Origin: an uncultured Methanomassiliicoccales archaeon
Lineage (GTDB): Archaea > Thermoplasmatota > Thermoplasmata > Methanomassiliicoccales > CAZOLG01
Length of the DNA stretch: 64,000 nucleotides
Assembly (NCBI GenBank): GCA_964580935.1
Contig: CAZOLG010000003.1
Coordinates: forward strand, 217,098-281,097
Direction of reading: 5' to 3'
This document shows positions 25,107 to 34,674 of the stretch, in pieces (positions within the stretch are counted from its first letter, which is position 1; every line of letters begins with the position of its first letter). The position numbers and the translations under genes are program-made. The notes below the pieces were generated by a model that was not told where the DNA came from, made no database searches, and worked only from the letters and a program-made list of their open reading frames with translations.

Positions 25107-27638
25107 ATGAAAGTCCTTTTCGTTGATGATGAGCCCGAGATCCTTGAGTTATCTAAGATCTATCTGGAGAGGGAGGATGAAGGTATCACCGTTCGGACCG
25201 CTGTTTCTGTGGAGGAAGGGCTGGACCTCGTGGAAGAGGAGGAGTTTGACTGCATTGTTTCCGATTACCAGATGCCAGAGACCGATGGCCTGGAATTTCT
25301 GAAGATCGTTAGGGAAAAGAAGACCATCGACATACCTTTTATAATATTCACTGGCAAGGGGAGAGAAGAGGCGGCTATCGATGCCCTCAATCTGGGGGCC
25401 GATCGCTATCTGCAGAAGGGCGGAGATCCCCGATCTCAGTATGGTGTACTCGCCCAGGCCATCGGCCAGGAGGTGAAACATAAGAACATGCTCATGGAGA
25501 AAGCAAGGGTTGAAGCCGAACTCTCTTCTCTGATGAAAGGGGCCAAGGACCCTATCTTTATTGTTGACAGAGATTGTCGATTCCGGTTTGCTAACGCTGC
25601 TGAGTTAGACAGTCACGGTATGACGGCTGAGGAGATGATTGGTACCAAGTTCCATGATATTCACTCCAAGGCTGACAGTGAAGAATTAGAGGAGATAGTG
25701 AAGAAGATCATGGAGACGGGTGAACCAGAGCAGCATGAAGTTAAACATGGGTACTGGGGGAGATATTTCATAAGGACCTTCTCCCCGATTAGAAACCCAC
25801 GGACTGGGAAAATCGATAAGGTCTCAGTCATCTCCAGTGACATCACCGGGCGAAAGGAGATAGAAGAGGAACTGAGGAGAAGTGAGAAGAGGTACAGAGA
25901 TCTATTTGAGAGTGTGAATATCGGCATCGTTGTTCATGACCCGGGCGGGGGGATAGTATCCGTTAATCCCTATGCTGAACAGACTTTCGGTATTGGGGAA
26001 CGGGAATTGAAGGAGAAGGATATCGAGTTCTGGAAGGGAAAGCTTTTCAGGGTGGACGGAGAACCGATGGAACTCGAAAAGTTCCCCATTACCGATATCA
26101 TTGAATCTAAGGAAGTCGAAGGGGGGAGAGTAGTCGGTCTATCCATGTCGGAAGGTGAAAAGGTCCGCTGGTATATGGTCAGTGGAACTCCTCAGATCGA
26201 TGAAGAAGGTAATCTGGAGAAGATTATAACCTCGTTCAAGGAAATCACGAAGCAGAAAGAGACCGAAGAAGATTTGCGCCATTACAAGTACGCGGTCGAT
26301 GAATCTGACGATCTGGTGGCTGCCATTGATGAGAACTACATTTACCAGTTTGTGAACAGGCACTTCCTTGAATACCACCAGGTGAGCGAACAAGAGGTGG
26401 TGGGTCGGTCTGTAGCTGAGGTGGTGGGGAAAGAAATTTTCGAAGAGAAGATCAGATCTCATGTTGATCGTTGCCTGGATGGTAAGAGAGTCCAGTATGA
26501 AATGAAGCGCACCTATCCATCCTTAGGGGAAAGGCATCTCGATGTAAGGTACTTCCCCATCGAGGATGGAGGCAAGGACTCCCCGAAGGTGGTGGCCGAT
26601 ATCGTTGACATCACTGAGCTCAAGGAGAGAGAGGAAGAATTGAAGTTCCAGGCAAGTCTGCTGGACCAGGCACAGAATGCCATCATCGCCACCGATGTCC
26701 AGGGAAAGGTCATCTACTGGAATGATCGAGCTGAGGAGTTCTATGGATGGAAGGCGGAAGAAGCCGTCGGTAAGGAGATCATCGAGGTCACCCCCGCTTT
26801 GGCCTCCAAGGAGTTGGCGGCTGAGATCATGCAGAAATTGAAGCAGGGTGAAAAGTGGTCCGGGGAATTCCTACTGCAGCGAAAAGATGGTACGGAGTTT
26901 CCTGCCATTGTGACTGATGCCCCCATCTATGATGAAAATGGAGAGATGATGGGTATCGTGGGCATATCCACCGATATTTCCGAGCGGAAGGATGCCGAGG
27001 AGCGAGCTGAGTTCTTACAGTCCCTGCTCAGGCATGACCTTAGAAACAAGATCCAGATATCCAGCGGGTACGTTGATCTATTGAAGGGTACCGACCTCTC
27101 AGATAAGCAGGAAGCACTGTTGGAAAAGGACTGGAAGGCCAAGCACGACGCCATAGAACTGATCGAGAAGGTAAGCAAGTTGCACAAGGTTGGCAAAGAC
27201 GAAGTGGCGGAAGCCGAGCTTGCCCCCTTCATCCGTTCAGCAGTATCCAAGTGCCAGCATATGGCCTCGGAGAGACCCCTCGAAATCGAGTTCGAGGAGT
27301 TTGAATGCAAAGTGAGGGCAGGCCCGCTACTGGAGGAACTGTTCACCAATCTGATCATGAACTCCGTCATTCACTCTGAAGGCAGCAATATCCGGATAGA
27401 CATCACAGATCTCGGGAAAGAAAAAATAGTGCTATCGGTGGAGGACGATGGAAAAGGTATCCCTGAGGAGATCAGAGATAGCGTATTCGAACGAGGATTT
27501 AAGAAAGGTGTGACCGGTGGTTCAGGTCTGGGGTTATTCCTGGTCAAAGAGATAGCGGAGAGTTATGGGGGAGGCGTGGAGATAAAGGACTCCGACCTGG
27601 GCGGGGCGAGGGTCGATGTGATTCTGGAAAGGGCGTGA
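25107..27638 (+). CDS. Hybrid sensor: N-terminal receiver domain, multiple PAS domains, C-terminal histidine kinase
   Basis: REC domain (DDEPE..., phospho-Asp in VSDYQMPETDG, FTGKG). Four to five PAS-like repeats (each with ...TDITERK/ITGRKE-type ends). H-box LLRHDLRNK, N-box NLIMNSVIHS, G1 VEDDGKGIP, G2 GGSGLGL. Confidence 0.85.
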   Translation: MKVLFVDDEPEILELSKIYLEREDEGITVRTAVSVEEGLDLVEEEEFDCIVSDYQMPETDGLEFLKIVREKKTIDIPFIIFTGKGREEAAIDALNLGADRYLQKGGDPRSQYGVLAQAIGQEVKHKNMLMEKARVEAELSSLMKGAKDPIFIVDRDCRFRFANAAELDSHGMTAEEMIGTKFHDIHSKADSEELEEIVKKIMETGEPEQHEVKHGYWGRYFIRTFSPIRNPRTGKIDKVSVISSDITGRKEIEEELRRSEKRYRDLFESVNIGIVVHDPGGGIVSVNPYAEQTFGIGERELKEKDIEFWKGKLFRVDGEPMELEKFPITDIIESKEVEGGRVVGLSMSEGEKVRWYMVSGTPQIDEEGNLEKIITSFKEITKQKETEEDLRHYKYAVDESDDLVAAIDENYIYQFVNRHFLEYHQVSEQEVVGRSVAEVVGKEIFEEKIRSHVDRCLDGKRVQYEMKRTYPSLGERHLDVRYFPIEDGGKDSPKVVADIVDITELKEREEELKFQASLLDQAQNAIIATDVQGKVIYWNDRAEEFYGWKAEEAVGKEIIEVTPALASKELAAEIMQKLKQGEKWSGEFLLQRKDGTEFPAIVTDAPIYDENGEMMGIVGISTDISERKDAEERAEFLQSLLRHDLRNKIQISSGYVDLLKGTDLSDKQEALLEKDWKAKHDAIELIEKVSKLHKVGKDEVAEAELAPFIRSAVSKCQHMASERPLEIEFEEFECKVRAGPLLEELFTNLIMNSVIHSEGSNIRIDITDLGKEKIVLSVEDDGKGIPEEIRDSVFERGFKKGVTGGSGLGLFLVKEIAESYGGGVEIKDSDLGGARVDVILERA

Positions 27639-27645
27639 CAAACCA

Positions 27646-27650
27646 TTTTT
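27646..27650 (+). terminator. Oligo-T terminator after the sensor kinase
   Basis: A T5 run lies 8 nt downstream of the stop codon. Confidence 0.3.
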
Positions 27651-27725
27651 CTCTGGCCTCCTCATGGCCTATAGACCTCCCTTGCAGTGTACTAAGGGAT
27701 CTGTTACTCCACATCCGAAAGAAAG

Positions 27726-27733
27726 CTTTATAC
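27726..27733 (+). promoter_or_regulatory. TATA box (CTTTATAC) preceded by GAAAG BRE-like element
   Basis: Lies about 30-40 nt upstream of the candidate starts GTG 27764 and ATG 27773 of the GPN-loop GTPase gene. Confidence 0.35.
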
Positions 27734-27763
27734 ACCGAGTAGTGTTTCAATGCCCCGACCAGA

Positions 27764-28537
27764 GTGTTTCAAATGTTGTACATCTACTTTGTAGGCCCTG
27801 CGGGCAGTGGTAAGAGTACCTTGGTATACGCTTTCCAGCAGTGGATGAACAGGAACGGCTTGGACACCATTACGGTGAACCTGGATCCCGGAGCGGAGAC
27901 GGTCCCCTATGCTCCTGATGTGGATATAAGGGACTGGATCAGCCTGGATGAGGTCATGAAGGAGCACCAGCTGGGGCCGAATGGGGCTCAGGTCGTGTGT
28001 TCCGATCTGATGGCTCTCAACTCCGAGGAGTGGATACCAGTGGTCAAGGAGTTCAAGACCAATTATGTGCTCATCGACACTCCCGGCCAGATGGAGCTGT
28101 TCGCCTTCCGTCAGTCGAGCAAGGTGATCACCGAATCACTGGGTCCTGACCAGTCGTTCATCGTTTTCCTCTCTGACCCTCAGTTGGCCAAGACCCCCAA
28201 TGGATTCGTTTCTTCCATGGTACTGTGCGCTCTCACCCACTTCCGCTTCTCGATACCCATACTCAACATCCTGTCCAAGTCCGACCTATTAACCGAGTCG
28301 GAACTGGACACCGTCATGGAGTGGTCCGACGACCCTTACGGTCTGCAAGAATCACTTACCGGGGGACAGATGCCCCCTCAGGCTATGTTGAATGTGGAAT
28401 TTTTCAAAGCTATGGAGAACCTGGGTATGTTCACCGATATCGCTCCCGTCTCCTCAGAATCGTTCGAGGGTATGGAAGACATATACAACACCATACAGCA
28501 GGCATACATGGGCGGTGAAGACCTCTCTCCCGATTGA
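27764..28537 (+). CDS. GPN-loop GTPase
   Basis: P-loop GPAGSGKST, the family-defining GPNGA motif, and DTPGQMELF. The start may be ATG 27773 (MLYIYFVG). Confidence 0.8.
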   Translation: MFQMLYIYFVGPAGSGKSTLVYAFQQWMNRNGLDTITVNLDPGAETVPYAPDVDIRDWISLDEVMKEHQLGPNGAQVVCSDLMALNSEEWIPVVKEFKTNYVLIDTPGQMELFAFRQSSKVITESLGPDQSFIVFLSDPQLAKTPNGFVSSMVLCALTHFRFSIPILNILSKSDLLTESELDTVMEWSDDPYGLQESLTGGQMPPQAMLNVEFFKAMENLGMFTDIAPVSSESFEGMEDIYNTIQQAYMGGEDLSPD

Positions 28538-28598
28538 CGCCTCAATCCTCATTTGTAGACGGCATAGTATTATCCGGGGGTACGGACATTGAAAGGTT

Positions 28599-28766
28599 AT
28601 GGGCCGTCGCGTACTCACCTGCCCCCACTGTGGGTCCCCCGACCTCTATTATGAAGCGGGATTAATCACCGGTTACAAGTACCACTGCAAGAACTGTGAC
28701 TACATAGGCCCGTTGGTTTTTGAAAAAGAAATAGAGTTCGATGAATCAGGCGAACATGACTCCTGA
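28599..28766 (+). CDS. Small zinc-ribbon protein (55 aa), hypothetical
   Basis: My own translation gives MGRRVLTCPHCGSPDLYYEAGLITGYKYHCKNCDYIGPLVFEKEIEFDESGEHDS, with a CPHC...CKNC pair. It falls below the 60-aa cut-off of the ORF track. Its 3' end overlaps the convergent PAN gene by 21 nt. Confidence 0.45.
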   Translation: MGRRVLTCPHCGSPDLYYEAGLITGYKYHCKNCDYIGPLVFEKEIEFDESGEHDS

Positions 28767-29954
28767 TTGCATCATATTGCCCTCTTCGTCCGCCAGGACC
28801 TTGTAGATGGCCTTCTCGAAATCGGAGGAGGTGGCCTGGTCTCTGTCGTCTCTGATAGCGAACATACCGGCCTCTGTGCAGATGGCCTTGATGTCAGCTC
28901 CGGTAGCCCCATCCGTCTTCAGAGCGAGGTCATCTATACTGACCTCCTCGTTAATGTTCATGGGCCTCATATGTATCTCGAAGATTTCCTTTCTAGATTC
29001 CAGATCGGGTATGGGAATTCTGATCACTCTATCGAACCTGCCCGGCCGCAGGAGTGCCTCATCCAGTATGTCCGGTCTATTTGTGGCCCCTATGATCCTC
29101 ACATCACCGATGGGATTGAATCCATCCAGTTCCGAAAGGAGCTGCATGAGAGTCCTCTGGACCTCGCGGTCACCGGATGTGGCGACTTCCAACCGTTTCG
29201 CTCCTATCGAATCCAGCTCATCGATGAACACGATGCTCGGTGCTTTCTCTCTGGCCAGCTCGAAAAGTTCTCTGACCAGCCTGGCCCCTTCACCGATGTA
29301 CTTCTGCACCAGCTCTGAGCCCACGAACCTGATGAATGTGGCCTCGGTCTGATGGGCGACCGCCTTGGCCAGTAAGGTCTTGCCAGTTCCAGGTGGACCC
29401 TTGAGCAGCACACCTTTGGGCGGTTCGATACCCATCCTCCTGTACATATCTGGTTTGAGGAGAGGGTCCTCTACCGCCTCTTTGACCTCCACGATCTGGT
29501 CTCTCAGTCCTCCCACGTCATCGTAAGTAACCGCCGGCTTCTCGATGATCTCTGCCCCCACAACCACCGGGTCGAGTGACGGTGGCAGCACATCCATAAT
29601 GGCCAGCGTCTGTTTGTTTAGAGACACCCTTGAGCCCACGCAGATGTCCTCATCGGGAACGTATTCTGAAGCTCCCACCATGAAGTCTGGTCCGGTGGAG
29701 CTCTTCACAATGACCCTTCCGTCTGAAAGAATATCTTTCACTGTGCCTATGATCAAAGGAGGGGACTTGAGCCTTTCCATCTCTGACCTCAATCTCTTGA
29801 GATCCTTCTGCAATCTGAATAATTCGCTCTCCACGTAGCGCTTCTCGCCCTCTACCCTTCGAATCTCCTCAAGCAATTCACTGTTCCTACTCTCCAGTGT
29901 CTGTATCTTGTCCTTCATCTCGGAGACGAATTCTTCTGCTTGAGAGTTGCTCAT
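28746..29954 (-). CDS. pan: Proteasome-activating nucleotidase (AAA+ ATPase)
   Basis: N-terminal coiled coil, OB domain, Walker A GPPGTGKT, Walker B IVFIDELD, and second region of homology. Confidence 0.92.
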   Translation of the reverse strand: MSNSQAEEFVSEMKDKIQTLESRNSELLEEIRRVEGEKRYVESELFRLQKDLKRLRSEMERLKSPPLIIGTVKDILSDGRVIVKSSTGPDFMVGASEYVPDEDICVGSRVSLNKQTLAIMDVLPPSLDPVVVGAEIIEKPAVTYDDVGGLRDQIVEVKEAVEDPLLKPDMYRRMGIEPPKGVLLKGPPGTGKTLLAKAVAHQTEATFIRFVGSELVQKYIGEGARLVRELFELAREKAPSIVFIDELDSIGAKRLEVATSGDREVQRTLMQLLSELDGFNPIGDVRIIGATNRPDILDEALLRPGRFDRVIRIPIPDLESRKEIFEIHMRPMNINEEVSIDDLALKTDGATGADIKAICTEAGMFAIRDDRDQATSSDFEKAIYKVLADEEGNMMQSGVMFA

Positions 29955-30305
29955 TCTGGCACCTTGAAACTGGTCATTTCGGCTAATGTCGGGGTGTGCT
30001 ATATGAGTCTTTCGAAGTCACTATAGCCCAGAGACACTCAGGAATTGACTGTCTGTCCCTCACCACCACATAGAGAGAACATGCAATATCAATCCTTCTA
30101 ATCCGAGAAGGAGTAAAGAATATTGGGCACCATCTCTAGAGCGTTCAGCATAGCGATACTTCCTGTTTTCCGTATGGACGCCTACTTTATAATCCCTCTT
30201 GAAATCTTCCCCGCCGAATTTACACTCTACTTGTGGAAACATTGACCGTTCCGTCTATCACAGTCATTCTTAAATTGTGGTGTTGTATTGTAGGATTGAT
30301 AGCAA

Positions 30306-30794
30306 ATGATCTGCGAACTGTGCGGCAAAGAGAGCGATAAACTTCGCAAGGTGGTGATCGAAGGTAGCAGATTGCAGGTATGCTCCCAATGCGCCAAATT
30401 CGGTGACGTAGACCAGCAGGATTCAGAGAAGTCCACCACCAAGTCCGAGATCGAGAAGAGGCTCAAGAGGAGGGAGCGACGGATGAAATCAAGAGACGTG
30501 TACGATGAGGAGACCGTCGATCTCGCTCCCGACTATCCAGAACGGATAAGGAAGGCTAGGAATGAGAGGGAATGGAACCAGGAGGAACTGGCCGCAAAGA
30601 TCAACGAGAAGAAGAGTGTTATCAACAAACTCGAGTCTGGAGATTTCAGGCCCGACGACGCACTGGTCAAGAAACTGGAGAGAGAACTGGGAATCAAACT
30701 GATGGAAAAGGTGCCTGTGATCAAACCTGAGAAAAAGGCGACCTCCTCCAGGGGCCTTACACTTGGCGACCTCATGAATCTGGAGGAAAAGTAG
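30306..30794 (+). CDS. mbf1: Archaeal multiprotein-bridging factor 1 (zinc ribbon + XRE-type HTH)
   Basis: N-terminal CELCG...CSQC zinc ribbon and a central HTH (IRKARNEREWNQEELAAKINEKKSVINKLESG). Confidence 0.8.
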   Translation: MICELCGKESDKLRKVVIEGSRLQVCSQCAKFGDVDQQDSEKSTTKSEIEKRLKRRERRMKSRDVYDEETVDLAPDYPERIRKARNEREWNQEELAAKINEKKSVINKLESGDFRPDDALVKKLERELGIKLMEKVPVIKPEKKATSSRGLTLGDLMNLEEK

Positions 30795-30795
30795 G

Positions 30796-31263
30796 CTAAT
30801 TCCCGATGATATACTGATCAACTTCTTCTATCAAATCGTCAATTTCTAACCTGAAGTCGCGGGCGACTACAAGCCCTGCCACCTCGACGTTGACTCCCAG
30901 GCGTTCCTGCGTCCTGTTGATTCTGGCCACCACTTCTCTCTTCGCCAGTCCGGAAGAACTCGAGATCCTGTCCAGGATCTGGGAGAACAGTGAAACATCT
31001 TCCAGCGGCTCATCTAGTATATCCTTATCGGGTTTGAAATCCATCGAAGTATCCACCTTCCTGTAATCGAAACTGGGCTTCACGAAACCGTTTGTCTTCT
31101 CCAAGAGGTTCTTTTTGAGCCCCAATTCAAGCAGTTTCTGGGCCTCTTTGGGCGTAAACCACCTGAAATCGATGGAAGCTGAGAAGACGAACTCCTTCTC
31201 CGACAGAAGGTTCTTCCCCTTCCTCTTGTAGAGTTGGGCCAGACATTTTCTCAACGAACTCAT
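30796..31263 (-). CDS. Conserved archaeal hypothetical protein (possibly DUF2240)
   Basis: 155-aa clean ORF. The family assignment is from memory of the pattern only. Confidence 0.4.
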   Translation of the reverse strand: MSSLRKCLAQLYKRKGKNLLSEKEFVFSASIDFRWFTPKEAQKLLELGLKKNLLEKTNGFVKPSFDYRKVDTSMDFKPDKDILDEPLEDVSLFSQILDRISSSSGLAKREVVARINRTQERLGVNVEVAGLVVARDFRLEIDDLIEEVDQYIIGN

Positions 31264-31362
31264 CCGATCTCACTCACGTTCCACCAATGCCACTCCAAGA
31301 TATGAATCTGATGGCGGCTGATAACCGACCTCTGTCGAAACCCAAGATCACAGAGATCGATC

Positions 31363-32067
31363 TCATACCTCGTCTGTGGTGGTGGCCACGTTTCCACCCA
31401 GTTCTTTTACCCTACTGACCAGAAAATCAGCCACCTCTTCATATATTCTGGAGAAGATAAAGTATTCCTGTTCCGTCACCTTCTTCTTACCCCCCAGGAA
31501 TGTCTCCTTGTGCCTGGTATATCTCAGTTTGATGGTGATCCAGAAGGGTGAGACTTCTTCCTTAAGATCGGTGATCTTCTCCAGCGGAATAGTGAAGATA
31601 TCCCGCTCACCAGAGGCCATCAACTTCTCGATCTTATCAAGCCGCTTCTCACACTTCTTGAGTTCACGCCTGAGCTTCATCTTCTCCCTGCCATCATCAG
31701 TGTTCTCTAACTCCTCAGACAGCGAGTGCATGGTATCAAGGGCCTTGTTCTCCATGCTCTGGTAGGATCTCCTCCCGGAGATTATGAAGTTGTCACTGAA
31801 TACCATCCCAAACTCGTGCTTATGGTATTCCCATCCGGATATGATCACCGCACTGTAGGGGGGCCAGGAGAATTCTTTGAATGCTGGCCAGGGTACCACC
31901 CCTTTGATCTCTTCACCAGTCTTCTCTCCAAAATCGTTCCTGTACAGATCCTCTAGTTTCTCGAGTTCCTGGGAACAGACGGTGCAGACAGCGAAATCGG
32001 ACAGTTTGATCTTCTTACCTCTGACCACGTCCCCCTCTACCTTCTTACAGAGATTGCAGGTGTCCAT
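31363..32067 (-). CDS. Hypothetical protein with N-terminal CxxC...CxxC zinc ribbon
   Basis: 234-aa ORF with coding-like Lys/Glu-rich composition. CNLC...CTVC lies at the N-terminus. I recognise no family. Confidence 0.5.
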   Translation of the reverse strand: MDTCNLCKKVEGDVVRGKKIKLSDFAVCTVCSQELEKLEDLYRNDFGEKTGEEIKGVVPWPAFKEFSWPPYSAVIISGWEYHKHEFGMVFSDNFIISGRRSYQSMENKALDTMHSLSEELENTDDGREKMKLRRELKKCEKRLDKIEKLMASGERDIFTIPLEKITDLKEEVSPFWITIKLRYTRHKETFLGGKKKVTEQEYFIFSRIYEEVADFLVSRVKELGGNVATTTDEV

Positions 32068-32363
32068 ACATCTTTCTCCTGTTGTTTTCCCTAACCAGGA
32101 CTACAGATTTAATAATTTGCTCATTGATACGCTGCCGTGATCATTGAGAGCGCTCTGAGTCGAGATTCCCAAAACACTTTCGAAAATCACCCATAGGATT
32201 AATATTGACCCCTCGTATGTTCCGCTGCTCAATCTCTCCCCTTCTCCAATTCTGGACCTTTCTTCACCGTAAACTTATATATAGAAGAACTATCATTTTA
32301 CCTCGCTAGCTAGATTTGCTAGGTAATGATTAAGTCAAAATATCAATAAGGAGGCAAGAAAAA

Positions 32364-33995
32364 ATGGGAATGGGAAACACCCCAATACTGATATTGAGAG
32401 AAGGCACCCGGAGAGACAGAGGTAAGGATGCCCAATTAAACAATATCTCAGCTGCACGCACCATAGCGGAGGCTGTAAAGAGCACGCTGGGTCCCCGAGG
32501 AATGGACAAGATGTTGGTCGATTCCATGGGGGATGTGGTCATCACAAACGACGGAGTGACCATCCTGAAAGAGATCGATGTACAGCATCCCGCGGCCAAG
32601 ATGCTAGTGGAGGTGGCCAAGACTCAGGATGATGAATGCGGAGACGGTACCACCACTGCAGTAATCCTTGCCGGAGAACTGCTGAAGAAGGCGGTGGACA
32701 TGGTCGATGCCAACGTGCATCCGACGACGATTACGGAAGGTTACAGGATGGCGGCCGATAAGGCTCAGCAGATTCTGAAGGATATCGGGATGGACGTCAG
32801 CGTTGATGACAGAGAGAAGCTGAAGAACATCGCTATGACCTCCATGATCAGCAAGGCCGTTTCTTCTTCCAGGGAGCTGATGGCCGACTTGACCGTGGAC
32901 GCGATCACAGCCATCGCCGAGGAAGGGGACGGTTTGAAGATCGACCTGGATAACGTTCAGATAGTCAAGAAGCAGGGCGGCTCTATGGACGATACGGAGC
33001 TCATACAGGGAATTATAGTGGACAAAGAGCCGGTACACTCGGCCATGCCCAAGACGGTCAAGGACGCCAGGATCGCCCTGTTGGACGCCCCGCTGGAAGT
33101 CCAGAAGACAGAGGTGGACGCCGAGATCGAGATCACTGATCCATCGCAGCTTCAGGCATTCCTGGATGAAGAGGAGAAGATGCTCAGGGATATGGTGAAA
33201 CATATCAAGGGTGTGGGCGCCAACGTGGTCATGTGTCAGAAAGGCATAGACGACCTGGCTCAACACTTCCTGGCCAAGGAGAACATCTTCGCCCTGAGGA
33301 GGGTCAAGAAGTCGGACATGAAGAAGCTCTCCAAGGCTACGAAGGGATCGATAGTCAACAAGCTCAACGAACTCGAAGAGGAGGACCTGGGGAGAGCTGA
33401 TAACCTCGAAGTGAAGAGGATCCAGGAACAGGAGATGACGTTCGTCACTGGATGCGACAATCCGAAGGCGGTTACCGTCCTGATTAGGGGTGGAACCGAG
33501 CACGTCGTCGACGAGATCGAGCGGTCTCTAAACGACGCCATGAGTGTGGTCAGAAACGCCATCGAAGATGGAATAATGGTCACTGGTGGAGGTTCTACCG
33601 CCATCGAGATGGCAATGAAGCTCAGGGACTACGCCGCTTCTGTGGGCGGCAGAGAGCAGATAGCGATCGATGCCTTCGCAAGTGCACTGGAAGTGGTGCC
33701 CACTTCCCTGGCAGAGAACGCAGGATTGGACCCTATTGACATCCTCATCGATCTCCGCAAGGCGCACAAGGCCGGAGACGTGAACGCCGGTATCAACGTC
33801 CACACGGGTAAGATCACCAGCATGCTGGAAGAGAACGTACTGGAGCCCTACAGGGTGGGTAAGCAGGCAGTGAACTCCGCGACCGATGCCGCGATCATGA
33901 TCCTGAGGATCGATGATGTCATCGCCTCCAAGGGAAGCCGCGGTGGAGGAGGTGGACCTGGTCCTATGGATGATGAGGCGTTCGCAGAGGAGTAA
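32364..33995 (+). CDS. ths: Thermosome subunit (group II chaperonin)
   Basis: Motifs [24 protein letters not shown] and [10 protein letters not shown], with a Gly-rich C-terminal tail. AAGGAGG lies 9 nt upstream of the ATG. Confidence 0.95.
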   Translation: MGMGNTPILILREGTRRDRGKDAQLNNISAARTIAEAVKSTLGPRGMDKMLVDSMGDVVITNDGVTILKEIDVQHPAAKMLVEVAKTQDDECGDGTTTAVILAGELLKKAVDMVDANVHPTTITEGYRMAADKAQQILKDIGMDVSVDDREKLKNIAMTSMISKAVSSSRELMADLTVDAITAIAEEGDGLKIDLDNVQIVKKQGGSMDDTELIQGIIVDKEPVHSAMPKTVKDARIALLDAPLEVQKTEVDAEIEITDPSQLQAFLDEEEKMLRDMVKHIKGVGANVVMCQKGIDDLAQHFLAKENIFALRRVKKSDMKKLSKATKGSIVNKLNELEEEDLGRADNLEVKRIQEQEMTFVTGCDNPKAVTVLIRGGTEHVVDEIERSLNDAMSVVRNAIEDGIMVTGGGSTAIEMAMKLRDYAASVGGREQIAIDAFASALEVVPTSLAENAGLDPIDILIDLRKAHKAGDVNAGINVHTGKITSMLEENVLEPYRVGKQAVNSATDAAIMILRIDDVIASKGSRGGGGGPGPMDDEAFAEE

Positions 33996-34074
33996 TCAAG
34001 ACAGGGGGACACCCCCCTCTAAACCATTTATTCAGTTTTCAATATCATGTTCATTAACTTGAGGCGAGGTAACT

Positions 34075-34674
34075 ATGAACGATTCATCAGTAAATAACTC
34101 CGCTCAGGGAGAAGCCACCGGGGAGGAGCAGTCCATCGAATCTCTGGAGGAAGAACTGGAGTCCCTTCAGACCGAGGTCTCCAGGCTGAAACAAGACCTT
34201 GATGAGAAGGAGTCCCTGAGTGAGAAATACTTGAACACGGCCAGGAGGATCCAGGCCGAGTTTGAGAATTACAAGAAGAGGATGAAGAAAGAGAAAGAGA
34301 GGATGGTCGAAAGGGCTAACCAGGAGATCATTAGCGATTTTCTTGACATCCTTGATGATTTTGAGCGCGCTCTGGAATCAGAGTGTAGCCAGGAGGAGTT
34401 CAGAGAAGGTATCCACGGGGTCAAGAGCAATCTGCAGAAGCTTCTGAAGTCGTATGGACTGAAGGAGATACCCTGTGATTGCAGGTTCAACCCCGAGTAT
34501 CACGAGGCACTGTCCGTGGTCGAGGGAGAGAACGGACAGATATCCAAGGTTTTCCAGAGGGGATACTTCCTGGGAGACGACGTATTGAGATGTGCGAAAG
34601 TAGAAGTTGAGAGAAAGAGTAAAGGAGATGATCAAGATGGCAAAAACGATAGGAATCGATCTGGGAACGAGTAA
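34075..34674 (+). CDS. grpE: Nucleotide exchange factor GrpE
   Basis: Coiled-coil N-terminus, [12 protein letters not shown] motif, and a C-terminal beta-domain. It overlaps the dnaK start by 38 nt. Confidence 0.85.
   Translation: MNDSSVNNSAQGEATGEEQSIESLEEELESLQTEVSRLKQDLDEKESLSEKYLNTARRIQAEFENYKKRMKKEKERMVERANQEIISDFLDILDDFERALESECSQEEFREGIHGVKSNLQKLLKSYGLKEIPCDCRFNPEYHEALSVVEGENGQISKVFQRGYFLGDDVLRCAKVEVERKSKGDDQDGKNDRNRSGNE

Noticed and set aside
30060-30242. 60-aa minus-strand ORF between pan and mbf1.
   Set aside because: It lies in the divergent promoter region. It has no RBS, its C-terminal half is hydrophobic nonsense-like sequence, and I recognise no conservation signal.
34637-34674. 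The 38-nt grpE/dnaK overlap as evidence of a frameshift or fusion.
   Set aside because: Both proteins are full-length with normal termini in their own frames. A short C-terminal charged extension of GrpE is sufficient to explain the overlap.
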